Source: Lytechinus pictus
Taxonomy: Eukaryota
Assembly: GCF_037042905.1 (NCBI RefSeq)
Contig: NC_087251.1
Span: 14,882,001 to 14,946,000, forward strand
Direction: 5' to 3'
Length of the DNA: 64,000 nt
Part shown: in pieces, positions 12,301 to 27,300 of the stretch
Layout: every line of letters begins with the position of its first letter
How positions within the stretch are numbered: the stretch's first letter is position 1
Made by a program: the position numbers and the translations under genes
The notes under the pieces: generated by a model
The model's input: only the letters and a program-made list of their open reading frames with translations
Told to the model about the DNA's origin: nothing
Database searches by the model: none

Positions 12301-15300
12301 GATACAGGATGTTTTTCTTTGAATTAGAATTTGCATAATGAAAATAGTTTCAAATTACAAATGATAACTGAAAGTCAAACTACTGGATAAAGATACACAT
12401 TCAAATAGAAAGAAATAAGTTTACTTTTGCTCCATTTCTGATCTCACATGAAAATATAAAGCAGAAATATAATTATTTTGGTTTTTCGCACAAGAGGCTT
12501 TGACTTGACCCACGTACAAGACTCAATGGCCCTTACTCTGAAGTCCAGTCTAACTATTGGCCATGGTGTAACTCTGCACTAAAATTACGGGAAGCTAAAA
12601 GTATCAAAATGTTGTTCATGTTGGATGTTTCTCTTTGTTTATTTTGCTCTCCCCTCATGCTGTTAATGGTGAAAAAAGGTATTTTACTTGTCATTTCAAG
12701 AGTTTTTAATGGTTTGAGTACCAAATCTACTGACATATTGGCCACTCTAAACTAAATTTGCTCGAACACATATTAACTGTGTTTATAATTTATGATCTGA
12801 CGTCAATAAAGTAGTGAAATATCCAAACTGTTACATCTCCCACTACTACACATCTTCAATACTTGCCTCAGCTATGACTGATATTTCATGTAACCCCTTT
12901 GAGTACATTCCAGGTTTCCATGGTGCTACATATAGAGGGCCTTCTACATGTTTGGCAGCTCCAATGACATGGCCATCAATGCTGATTGTTACTACTTTAA
13001 TGGGGTCTGGTGAGAAGACTAGCACCCTGTGAAGGTGAAGAACAGATTCTTGAATGCTTGGGAAGCCCCAAATTTATTCAGAATTATGAAAGAGTGCTAA
13101 TAATGATAATATTAATGCAACATAATCATGTAGTGCTCATATCCATTCTGCAGAGTGCTCAATGATCTAAATGTCATCAATACCTTTGCCATCATTCCCG
13201 GCACACGAGCATTTCAAGGAATGAATATTGGTGATACTTGAAAACCAGGAAGGAAGAAACTTCTATAAAGAGGTTATTTCCTTTTCTCGAGTCACAATCT
13301 TATAATGCCCTGATAACCATCTATACCTACAAGTGAGTGATACCTACCCCCCCCCCCCTCAGTCCTTTACTCACAAGTATGACTATTAAAAATCTATTCA
13401 TCTCCACCTATGTACTTGATTACCAATTAATTAACAACGTTGGCTTCCATTGAATTATTATCCTATAGTTCATTTAAACATGTATTACAGGAACCTGTGC
13501 ACAAATACCACCTGCTCATAAAGGTCACCTTCTGTGTCTTCCTTTAGTGTTCTTTAAATACAGTTTCAATGTATACATGTCATTCATATATCATATAATT
13601 TGTCCATTCACACAAATGGCATGATTTCCCACTACCCAGACTAAGCATGTGTATGAACATATATTAAGAAATTCACACGTGGTTCAGAACAACAAGATGC
13701 TCATATTCTGACAAAAGTAACTTTCAATTGAAAATAGGCAAACCAGAAAAGATATTAGACCCTATTGCTCCAAGCTGACTCAAAAGTTTAGGAATTACCT
13801 TATGTGGGTTGAATGGATCATTTTATGGACTGGTTCATGTTCTGGTGCCATGAATCGAGCTCTCTTAGGGTTGGTAATGACAATGGCTGGCCACTCGTTC
13901 AGCTTCACATCCACAAAAGACAGCATATCATGATCAAATGCCATTATCCGATACCTTCCGATGGAATTTAATAATTAATATTTAAGCTATAATACCTGAG
14001 GAAGCATATTAATTATATTAATGATGAATTGATGATGATGATGTGATTGATGATGATGATGATGTGGAGATGATGATGATGATGATGATGATGATACTGA
14101 AGATGATAATTATGATGACAATGAAAATATAGACAGCAATACCAACAGCAACAATAATAATGATGCGAACATATATTCCCTTACAGCACATATCAGCAAA
14201 TAATAATTACATATATCTCTTTTCAGTTGAAAAGATAAGTAGGCCTACTCAGGTTCATTTCTGAAATTTACAAGGCACTAAATAATCTTTTAAATGATTG
14301 ATGAAATAGACATCTCCTTGTCTTGAAGATATTCTGGTAAGTTGTGGCACATATCATTTGTGGCATAGAACTATGAATTTGTCACATGGCATCTAAAGCA
14401 TCTGATTGACATTTTTAATAGCAGAAACTTTAAATAATGACTTCAATAGTCAAAAATTGATACATATTGATATCATATTTACCAATGTCAATGGCCCAAA
14501 TTCACAGAGGTGCTTTTTAAAACCATCGGTTGAACCCATGGTTTAAGCAGATTTCCTGTATAAAATATGCTTATTTACCGCGTATAATAAAAAAATGTCA
14601 AATGCTGATGCACGCTTTTGTCACAGTGCGCCAAATTGACGCCTGTTGCCATGGTTATCCACGCTATTTTATTCATGAGTCCACTGTTTTGAATTAATGA
14701 GTCCACTCTTCAAACAATGGACTAATAAATAAAATAGCGTATTTAACCATGGCAACAGGCATCAATTTGGTGCACTATGACAAAAGCGTGCATCAGCATC
14801 GGACAATATGTAATATACGCAGTAAATAAGCGTAATTTATACAGGAAATCTGCATAAACCATGGGTTCAACTTATGGTTTTAAAAACCACCTTTGTGAAT
14901 TTGGGTCAATGTGTTCCTATTAAAGAATGGCTATTAAAAGGGTCTACTTACATTCTATTTACCTTCCAATCTTCAACCTCTAGCTCCAGTGACCCTGTTT
15001 TATGTGTGGCCTCCATATGCCTGGCTAACCCACCAAGACTATGCAGATGACCACACAGATATGCTATACCCTTCCTATAATGATAATCAATCAATTCATA
15101 ACAATTAGAATTTAGACATTATAGGTCATATATTTCAGGAGATTATTACAAGGCATTCCTGTTAGGTGATAAACTCCAGAATCATGCATGCAAACCTTTC
15201 CGCCATTCACAGCCACCACAAAAAATATATTCAAATTAACAATTAACACCATAAAACATTCCATGCACAAATATCTTTATTGGCAAAATTTCAATATATG

Positions 15301-18300
15301 GCTGTGAATGTATACAGCTGAGTGCCCCCCCCCCCATCCCAGGATAAAACCAAATCAAAATTCTAGTTGCCCTTTATCAACTATATTTTAATAGCTTTTA
15401 AACTGTGAACATTGCCTGTCTGAGAAAAAAAAAACTTTTACATGTTTTTGTGTACAAGCATCAGAATGAAGAGAAAATCAAGACTTTACCTCAAGTTTTG
15501 TGTAAGTCTCCTATGAGATGTGAGGATAGTGGATGTTGGGTAATGACCAAAGAAGATGGTGTGGTTGTTTGAACTCTGCTTTTCAACCTGTGATACATAC
15601 GACTCCAATCGATCCATCTCACCCTGAATAGTGTAACACAATTAGAAAAAAAACCCATCTGATTAGGAAGGCCATTATGTTTCACAAAGAGTTTTATAGT
15701 CTCACTCTCATCCAAAGCCATGTATAAGCTCCAACATGCACAATTCAACACGTTATCCACTGATGAATAAGCAGTAGTGCACATCTCTTGAGCATGATCC
15801 GACCAATATGGTGATGCAGACTTATTTACAACATGCTTCTTGGAATCTACCCTAAATGTTATTTTTAGTCAGATTTAAATCTTTGTGAAATACCCCCCAA
15901 AATTTTCAGACAATTGTGCTATTTTAAGGTGAGCCATGAATAAAAACAAAATTGATATAATATATCACATTCATATGGCACATGTGCTTTCAGTACTCTT
16001 AACCCGTTGACTACTGAATTTTGTAATTGCCATGGGCTTTGTAGAGGGACCTCCCAGTTCAAGTAGGCAACGGTTTAAGCATTGTTTAGATAAAGTGCAA
16101 CAGAGATGAACAAATAATGCTCGGACACATTTTTAGTTGTCTGACATGGCAAAATAACCACACCACTTGCATCAATAATTGCATTGTACACTCTCTCGAA
16201 TAACCAAGATTTTCAGAAAAGATTTTCATGGCAGTCACACCCATGACATCATATTGGACTAAAATTTTGAGTAAACTCTTTTTCAGAATTTCACAGCTTC
16301 ATAACTTCTGCAGCCAGAGAGAAAAAAAAGGTCTTCTTCCTGTGATTTTGTTTTAAAGTTTATTTTGGTCACCTCATATCTCATCTTACAAAGTTTTGTG
16401 GCATCATGTCTGATTAAGGCTTTAGACAGTATTTCTGCCCCCCAATATGTGGTAGGTATGTGCCACTGGAAAGTCAACATTAGGGGGCCCCAGAATGGCT
16501 CATCATGAAAGTGGGGGTCCCTGGAACTTCTTAAAATGTTGCAAAAAGGAGGGTCCCTTGAACTAAATTCTTATGTGTAACTAATACCATGAAAAAGTAT
16601 GGGTCCCTGGACCTAGATTTCGAGTGAATGTTGATGAAAACCACCTTTTTGTTTTGACTTTGGACACTGCTTAATACCAAAGTGCTGATATCATCCGAAC
16701 ATGCGCCCAACCTCACAATGGCAAGGTTGAAGAGGGTTGAGCAATCAGCCAATCGGCGGCTAATGATTCCATCTACTGTGATGGTTGGGTATTCTTCTAT
16801 GTGTGGAGCGTGATGGAAGGAAGACTCCAATGTCTCAGAACAGATTTTCTTTAGCACCTGGCTATGGAGGGGAAAATGGTATGCCCTGAAATGGAAAATT
16901 CAGTGTAAACATGGGGGTCCCCTCCACGTCACTTAACACTGTCCAAAATATACAGGTTATTCCCCCCCCCCCCCATCTCTCTCATTTTTAAATGGAGGAT
17001 GATTACTTGGAAATGCAAGGTATACCTCCTTTGCTCCTATACAAGCAAGTGTGCCCGAGTTGATCCCTTTGGGCCACACATATCTGTTTGACTCAAATAA
17101 CCTAAAGAAGTAAAGACCACATGTTATATGCATAATCTGTTCTGAAATTTACTTTGGTGATTATTCAACTTTAAAGGTCGAATAAGTGCAGACTCAATTG
17201 TAAACTTAATCAAACAATTTGAACATACATTGTTGAATTCTATTAGAATATAGTTTGTGATCATTAACACTGATTATTGCTCCAAAAGGGAATACCTCAG
17301 GAATAGCTCCAAAGAAGTTGAATGGTCTCTTTGGTCCTGGATCAAGTAGGGCATACAAAGAAATGAAGGAATAGGTCCCAAATGAGGTCTTGTGTTGGTA
17401 CATAAACGTTGTATCTCCCTGTTCTCCAAGAACTGAATACTTCCTAAAAACACATAAGAAAAATGAGGGGTTTAATAGTAGAATCTTCCAAGAAAATGTA
17501 TGTTAGATGCATAATTTACAAACAAAATGAAGATAATTTAATTATGGGTACAAAAATAATAATAATGACATGATTATCTTAATAATAATCTTAATGACGA
17601 TGATAATTATCATCTTCAGCATCAAGATCAGGATATATTATCATCATTATTATCATTAATTAAAACTACACAGAAAAAAGAGATTTCAATGATTTTGTTA
17701 TTTTGTGGCGTATCTATATTAACCTATTTCAGACACTTACATCCCCCATACAGAATGAAAGAATTGGGACTAAAAACTACGGAATTAAAGTTTTCCATTA
17801 CAACTTGTTTCGAATAAATCTCATAATTATCACTGAATACAACATGAAAGATTGTCAGATCTAAACACCTCTTAAAGAAACCTACAGCCTGATATCAAGT
17901 TGGATTTAATCATAGCATAATAATGAGATAAACAATTTTTTTGTGAAAATCCATCAAAGAATAACAGACTTTATCCACTTTAGATTAGAAACAGCTCCTA
18001 AGATACATGATTCAATAAATTGTAATTTTCTAAGAAAAAAATGAAAATAAATTAACCTGTACTTTCACCATATTTCACTAGACATTTAATTTCACACAAA
18101 CTTGTATATTTTGAATATTTCAATCATCATATTCATAAGCCATTAAAGAAATAGTACCTTATGAAATTTAATTACATGTCATATGGGGGGGGGTGCTGCT
18201 TGAGACATCGCAAAATTAAAACTATAAAAAAATCACATTCTGTTATTCTTTTATGGATCTCTTACCAAAACTTCAGTAATGATGTTTCTCTAAATTTAAT

Positions 18301-21300
18301 GCCTTTATCACAACCACTTTTTTGCCAGGGTTAACCACCCCTTTAAAAAGGCATGACAACTGTTGACATTTTTACTCTATAATTATCTATTGTTCAAAGC
18401 CAGAAACCTTGTTATCATTCACCTTTGCTCTTTCACTCAAACAACAGGCTATGATGATCAAAAACAAAATTTAAAAATATCAATCAACATTACAGTAGGT
18501 TGTCATGAAATATATATCCACTTACATGTATGTACAAAAGGGAGGGGGCTGGAGTCCCCTGCCCATAGAAAAACATGAATATTTGCTAATGAAATTATTG
18601 TACTGTGTCTTTCAAAATCATACTTTTAATTGAAATATAAGCCCAATTTCACTTTGAAACATTCATATCCCGAATATAAGAAAGATTATGACCTCAAAAT
18701 GTTTTTTATTTTGGCTTACTTGCTTTGTTTTTTGTCAAAAATTTTGGATAGTTCAGCTACAGATATGTGCATGAAAGCAGATTCAGGGTTTACCAAAATA
18801 AGGGGACACCAGCACTTTTGGAAGCACCTATTAGTAAATAAAATATCAATGAGAAACAAGTAAAAAAGAGAAAAACCTTAAACAGAGGGGGCAAATGCCC
18901 ATTTACACCCCCCCCCCCCCCCCGAGATCCATGCCTGTAGGTACATGTACATGCATGTTAAATGTGTAATTGTCTTTATATTAACATATTTCCACATCAC
19001 CAAATAATCAATTTGAAAACAAATTCTCACTCAGGCTCCAAACATTCCTTCTACAATGACGTTCACTCCAATGAAATTCCCAGGTCATGCACACTTCCCT
19101 AGTCATATGACAATTCTTTCCTAATTTATTACATTATATCACTCTAATAACATTAACCTCTTTCACAGGCATTAATCATACACAGCAAGGACTCTTTTAC
19201 AGTCACAAGATAGCTTTAGTAATTTTTCCTGCCTAATGGTAATTGATACACCAGTAATTTGGTTTTGGTTAGCATAAGAAATGAAGGCCTGAGTGTATCA
19301 CTACTGATCTGACAAGCTGTTTAAATAGGAATGATAAGTGTTAATCAAAAATCATGCAGGCATGAAATTCAATTCAGGATTATTCCGATGCATCAGAATA
19401 TGAATTTTAGATGATCGAATCCCAGTACAGGATACATTTATAATTCTCAGCCCTTGGTGGAACTGATACACAGGAGCTTTGCACAGATGAATTTCATTTA
19501 TCTTAAATAAAAGTCTGCAGGATTGTAATATAGACAAATAAATAACATTATAACAAAAATTCTAGAACATCACTTTCAGCAAGAATGATACTCAAGCACT
19601 ACCTTTCCAGTGTCCTAGCTCCCGTTTAAAAGACAATGGGAATGTGGAGTAGCCACTGTGATAGGTGTTGATGGAATTCTGCTCTAAGACACAGTAGGCC
19701 TACATACTGTGGTTGATATACAGAATAATACACTTTACAGACTAAAAATTATACCCCTTAAAGACTCAAAATAAATATTCAATAAAGATTTGAGAATCAT
19801 CTTTCCATATCAAAACACATCAATTAGAACTCACCTATAATAATTTGTATCATGTCTAGTGTGTGGAATGTCAAATGCATCTGAAAAGAGAAATATAATC
19901 ATTCATTTACACCCAAACGTATTAGGTTTATAATATAAACTATATTGTATCAGTATATATGTATCATATCAATTCAGTATAGATCTATTGACTGCCTTGA
20001 TTAAATTCCACAGCTTACTCTCCAAGATGATTGTTACTAACAATAATTCTTTTTAAAAAATCCCGATCACTTGTGAAAGCTCCTTCCTCAAATCAAAATT
20101 GGGAACTGAACAAACTATTTATCATACAAAAACATAGTGAATTATAAAGTGCATGTTTTCCATGTTTGCACTTTAACCAAAACCAAAAAAAAAATATATA
20201 TATGTACTATCAGATCTCTGTAACCAATAAGCTTCAATTAAGTTTTTCCTTTTCAGTGAAGTCATGCTGGTTGGAAATCTTTATGTGAAATTGTGCAAAA
20301 TCATGAACCCAATCAACTTCAATCTACTTATTCCCAGATAAATATAATATGTGTTACCATGGTTTCCTCTCACATCAAGCCATACAGTTCTCTCAGGAAT
20401 ACGAGCATGCTTGATTGTGTTCTGATATGTCTGCCACTCGATCTCAAACTGCGTTGATCCAATGTTGTCGTACGTCTTGGCGTCAGTAAGATCCCCTGTA
20501 GGAAATGAATATTTAGCAAGGTCAAATGTCATCTGATCAATATTGAACCATTAAACTTTAAAGCCAATTTAACTATTGAGAAAGAAACCATACTTGCTCA
20601 AGGCTCCTATAATGTATCATATTAATGAATGTATTTGAATTCATGAATATGTATGAAATGTTCACTTCATAGTTAGTTATACACGAAACAGAATAAAGTG
20701 TTCAGTCAATGGTACCATTCATGAACGCATCTATAGTTTAAATGTCATCAACAAGAACTGCTATATTAAATCATAATAAAAGGATGCAACCAAAACTGTA
20801 ATTTTACATATTTGAGGCAGTTTTCAAAAGCCTAAAATAAGAAAAAGAGCAACATTTACATGTACTACATTGTAAGCACATATTGCACACTCTACCTTCA
20901 TATTCATTATTCAAGAAGGGAAGAAAGTCATGAAGACTTTGTTTTCTTATTGATCATTCATGTCTGTCTCTCTGTCTCGGAAACAGACTCTGAGCCCTAG
21001 TAAATTAAAAAAATATTTGATTACGTTCTTATATGAAAAAAATTGCCCTCGTTCAGAAAATATCAGGGAACTATTAACAATTCCCTGGAAAATATCATTT
21101 TAGTTCCCAGGTACACTAACACGGGTATATCAAAATTGTAAAAAAAATCATTAAAATTCTGTTTGGGAACTTTGGAAATGTCCAATGACATTAACCTTCA
21201 GATCTACACAATGAATAGAACTATAGGCGGTGCTGCACCAGCCCGAGTTTGCTCAATCTCTAGATTTTAGACCGATCAGCCCTCTTCGTGATTAATCTCG

Positions 21301-24300
21301 AGATTCAAGAAACCCTGTCTCCACCATCGCAAGAAGAGCGATTCATGCTTGAGCGAGCCATCAATGCATTATGGTTGACGCTGTGAATAAATAATCCCGA
21401 GAGCGTCTACACCTGCGAATTAGCAGGAAAATTCATAAAATAGCGCGCTATTTTACAAATAATCCCAAGTTGACTTGGGATTGCAATCTCGAGATTAATC
21501 CAGCGAACTAGCGCGATAATTGCGTCTCCATTACAAATAATCTCGAGATTTGTTTAGATCGGGATTAATTTTTTGGATCAGAAATAGCGCGCTAATTTGA
21601 AAACTCGGGCTGGTGCAGACGGCCCTTATGTGAATACACTTTGTTCATTATAATATCGCTATAAACTGCCAATTAAATGCACATGTATGAGTGAATGGAT
21701 AATTTGCTCGAATGCTGTTACAGTTCATCGTCAATGCAATTATGCTCGCATGATTCACATTTTCCATAATAATCCAAAATGCAATTTCAAGACTATGAGG
21801 AAAGCATAGATCTCTAATTTAATCAAAAACATCAGTGTGGACAATATTTTACAGTTTGTTTGTAATTCCTCAACTCCCTCATAATTTCATTTCATTTATT
21901 TCTTTTTTTTCTAGTCAGAAGGGGCACATGATGGGCCAGATCTGGTGACTGGTCATTTTTTTTCATCATTTCTTTTTCAGGTTCTTGTTGGCAAATGGCA
22001 AGAAACTACAATATGACATATTCATGTAGGGCCTAACTGTGACAGATATCTGAAGACTAAATCAAATAGATTCATCTCTTTACATATACATATCCCCCAG
22101 GTTTTTTAGTGCTTTCAAAGATGATTAAAGGTCAAGTCTACAAAAAAATATTCATTGGAATCGATAGAGAAAAATTAATCAAGCAAAACGCTGAAAATTT
22201 CATAACAATTGAATGCAAAATACGAAAGTGACATTTTAAAGGTTCCCTTATTTTTCACAAAACATATGCACAGCCCGGTGATATTCAACTTAGATAGTCT
22301 ATGATGTCCCTCACTCACTATTTATTTTGTTTTTGTTTATTTTTTTGAATTATACAATATTTCAATTTTTACAGATTTGACAAGAAGGACCAACTTGAAT
22401 GAACAAAAAAATGTTAATTTTAACAATGGTAATTCCACATGTTAGTTCAGGGAGGAATTACACCTTGCTTTGCATTCACATGACAATGAGAAAATTAAAA
22501 AAATATATATTTAATTCATATTAATACAAAAGAAATAGTGTGTGGGTGATGTCATCAGTCCCCTCATTTGCATACAGACCAGGATGTGAATTTTAGTGAA
22601 ATTAAGCGAATGTTTTTAATGTCATAACATGTAACTTTATTATTTTTCATCCAATTTGAAATATTTAGTAAGTGCTTTTTCTTTTTGTTTCTCTTCTCTC
22701 TTTTTATAAATTCATATCTACTTTTTGTTGGGATGGACTTGTACTTCAATGATCTGCAATAGGCCTATGTTGCATCATGCATTATTGGGCTGCAGGGCAT
22801 GAAAATATCATATACCCATTTGGAATATTAGTTCTACACACGTAATTACCTTGAATCATTACTTTATCATTTACAGCAAGGCAATTAATAAATCATTTCC
22901 ACCCACCACCTGTAAACAATTTTTCCTCTTAGCTGGAAGTAAATAGTTCATTTCTTCATGAACAGGAAGTCACAAGAATGTATCACCCATTGTTATGGGT
23001 CAAAAGCCCATGTGACTTGACAAAAGTCTGTTGACCCCTAACTTGGCCTAGTGTCAACAAACTATACCCATTCAATAGGGCATTAGTTGTAATGTATGAC
23101 CTATTGTAAACTTGTCAAGAATAGCATTTCTACATTGTCAATTTATCTGTCATGTGAGTAAGATAAAGAAGTGTTTTGTGTCAATGCTAATTGTTGGATG
23201 ATGATTCATAGCACCCATGTGAAGGCTATTAGAATAGCTGTACATGTACATAAATTTATTACACAAAGTACTCCAATATCACATTGATATTAACAATGCC
23301 CACACAGAATAAAATTTGGCAATGCATACAAAGGTTAATTACACCCAAGTTAACATGCAGTACATTGTTAATGATATTGCATGATGAAGAGTGGATATCT
23401 TTAAATATGTTTTAAGAAATAAATAGGAACAAGGAAGAAACAGTATTGTGACATTACACTACAAGGTGACTGAAATTGAAACAATTTATCATATCAATGT
23501 TAATATAATTTATCTATAGATGAGGAAACAAGGGATACATGACACTGACAAGATTTCAAAATGCATATCTAGTCTGGAACTCTGCATTTGTATAGGCCTA
23601 CTGAAAGGTACACATGTATGTTTCTATTAGCACACTTTTTTATTTCAATAAAAGTAAGTCAAAATGGAAGTTCTCTTTCATGGCAGTAACTACAAACATG
23701 GAAAGTGTGTATCTGCATTCTGAAAATACATGGACATGGTCTAAAAATATAGAGTCATAAAAATAATACAACCAGGGTAGCAAAAAAGAATGATTTTGTG
23801 TGTAATTCTATGATGTGTCAGCATGTACATGGTGTAACTGATACCCAATAAATGTATAATCTGAGCGTTTGGGTCATGTAATATTAAAAGTGTTTAACGG
23901 TGGTGGTGGTGGTCGTGGTGGTGGTGATGGTGATGATGATGATGGTGATAATGACAATAATGACAATGATAACACATAATTGGAGTTATATTTAAAGGTC
24001 AAGTCCACCCCACAAAAATGTTCATTTGAATAAATAGAGCAAAATCAAACTAGCATAACGCTGAAAATTATGGGCCTTTTAAAGTTTCTCTTATTTTTCA
24101 CAAAACAGTGATATGCACAAGTCAGTGTCATGCAAATGATCAGTCGATGATGTCCATCACTCACTATTTATTTTGTTTTTTATTGTTTGATTTATACATT
24201 ATTTCACTTTTTACAGATTTGACAATAAGAAGCAAGTTGACTGAACCATACAGTATTAAACAATGCTAATTCCACATGTTCAAGAGGAATTAATCATTGT

Positions 24301-27300
24301 TTCACTTGAAAATGAGGAGAAAATTAGAATATTTCATATTCCATATAATAAAATACAAAAGAAACAGTGAGTGGATGACGTCATCAGTTTCCTCATTTGC
24401 ATACCGACCAGGATGTGCATATAACTGTTTTGTGAAATTAAGTGAAACTTTAAAATGTCATAACTTTCTTATTTTACATCCAATTTTGATGAAATTTTCA
24501 GTGTTATGATGGTTGGATTTTTCTCTATTTATTCAGGTGGACTATTTGTTGGGGTGGACTTATCCTTTAATCAACCTTCTGATTATTTCAAGCATAGATT
24601 ACAAAACTGTATTGTTTTTATGCAGTTTCACTTTCCAGAGAGTACAGCTCAAATTTCACTTGTTGAGATGTAATCTGAAAGTCACATTCAGCTTGTTCAG
24701 GTCTATTTGTTTTCAACCACCATGTAGGCTGTCACCATGCATGTCAATGATTGCAAAATTAGCATTTCTGTGTTTAGTTGACCTAACTTTATGAGGGGGG
24801 GGGGGGGGCTCAATGCCTAACAAAATCTGATTGTTTTAAATACATTGATAAAAAATGATCACCAGTAAACTTGAATTACAAACCCCATTTTATTATAACA
24901 AAAAGAGAAGGGTCTACATAATACAGTGATATTGGGATATATTTCAAAGCCCCCCCCCCCCTCCTAATAACAGCTGAGTTAGTTTAAGTGTTATAACATC
25001 AATGGACTTAAGACCCATACATTAATTTCCTTAGAATCGGTAACAGATCAGGTTAGATCATGTAGAGTTGAAGCCATACAAACGAATATTAAAGGTCAAG
25101 TCCACCTCAGAAAAATATTGATTAGAATCAATAGAGAAAAATCAGACAAGCACAATGCTGAAAATTTCATCAAAATCGGATGTAAAATAACTAAAAATAA
25201 GAAAGTTATGACATTTCAAAGTTTCGCTGATTTTTCACAAAATAGTTATATGAACGAGTCAGTTACATCCAAATGAGAGAGTTGATGATGTCACTCACTC
25301 ACTCACTCTTTCTTTTGTTTTTTATTGTTTGAATTATACAATATTTCAATTTTTACGAAATTGATAATTAGGACCTCCTTGCCTGAACCACAAAATGTTC
25401 AAATAATGGAATTCCACGTGTTCAGGGAGGAATGAAACTTCATTTCACATGACAATGACGAGAAAATAAAAATATTTCATATTTCATATAATTGAATACA
25501 AAAGAAATAGTGAGTGAGTGATGTCATCAGTTCCCTCATTTGCATACATGTACCAACCGTGCATACATGTATAACTGTTTTGTGAAATGAAGTGAAACTT
25601 TAAAATGTCATAACTTTTTTATTTGACATCCGATTTTGATGAAATTTTCAGTGTTATGCTTGTTGGATTTTTTTACTCTTTTTATTCAAATCAAGTTTTT
25701 GTTGGGGTGGACTTGTCCTTTAATAATGCTTCTAACATTACTATTATTGTTTTCTTTAATTCTATCAATCACACGGGGGTCATTTACGTTCTTGCATTGT
25801 CTCAGCAAATGTGTATAAAATATTGCAACAGTAACCTTTCAAGTCTTCATAACAACTACAGAGGCAGATCTACCGGGGTAGGGTGTTTAACCCCCCCCCC
25901 CCCTCCTTGGGCTGCCAAGTAAAAAAAAAAATGCATTAATGTGCATTCAAAATCGCCATCATTATGTCCAGACCCACACAATATATTCCTATATGCATGA
26001 ACTGCCTTTTATGGTCTCCATTGCTAGTAGATGCCAGGAAAACATCACTTAAAGGGATACTCCGGGCTGAAGAGGTTTAAATAGAGTAAAATTCACACAG
26101 TAAAATACCAAAAATTTCATCAAAATCAGATAACAAATAACAAAGTTATTGAATTTTACAGATTTGCATTATTCCGGTGAAACATTTATAGGCATATCTT
26201 CATGAATATTCATCAGATGGGCTGATGATGTCATATCCCCACTCTCCTTTTTCTTATGTTATTACATGAAACCATAATTATTTCATTTTTTCATAAATGT
26301 GTAAATGATGTGTCTCCTTTATGATGAAGTAAGTTGCAGCAATAAATAATTAATATACCAGTACTTAATCAGTTGTCTCTCCTATTGTTTTAGTTCTTGG
26401 TAGAAAAACTTTGGATAAACCTCATTTTAATTTTATATAATAAAATACAAAAGAACAAGTGGGGATATGACATCATCAGCCCACCTAAGAACTGTTTCAC
26501 TTTCACCGGAATAATGCAAATCTTTAAAATTCAATAACTTTGTTATTTGTTGTCCTTTTTTGGTCAAATTTTGAACATTTTTTTTTTGTGACTATTACTA
26601 TATTTATTGAGATATGAATATCTTCAGCCTTGAGCATTCTTTTTAGGAGGTTCCAAATAGCCAAAAAAAAATAGGCTCACCGCTACACGGCTTGCGGGTG
26701 ATGGTCCTTCTAGTTAACCCCCTTCCCTAAAAAAAAATAGATCAACCCCTGAACTATTTATGATTACGACACGAGTACCACAGCAATAAAATGTGAGATA
26801 TCATTAAAAATGACATTTGAGGAAAAATCAATCATTGACTTTCAATTCACATAAGATTTTATTTTATTCCACAACTGTGCTACGATACTGGATGGAGGTA
26901 GCTTCATGGATACTGCTGCAGTTCTGCCATACTGTGAAAGTGTGATGAATATGATTGCCCCCAGGTCAGCTTTGGTGAGAATGATGAAAAGGGACTGAAA
27001 AGGTGGCATTTCAATGCACCCATGGGGTTCATAACATATTTTGACAAACTACTCCTTTCATTTTGCAATAATGAATGCATGTAGCACTACTTGTAAGCAC
27101 TTATAATTGTAAAATCATTCAGATTCAGTCATCTTTTGAAAAACTAGTGAAATGCAGTCTTGCCTGCATTATGCAATTCAATATAGAGCAGCAGTTCTGG
27201 CTTTGTAAACAACTAAGATGAATATACATGTTTAAAAAGTAAACAATTCATATTATAAGTAATAGGTTCACTGACCCTAAATGGCTTTGACCTTGATCAT

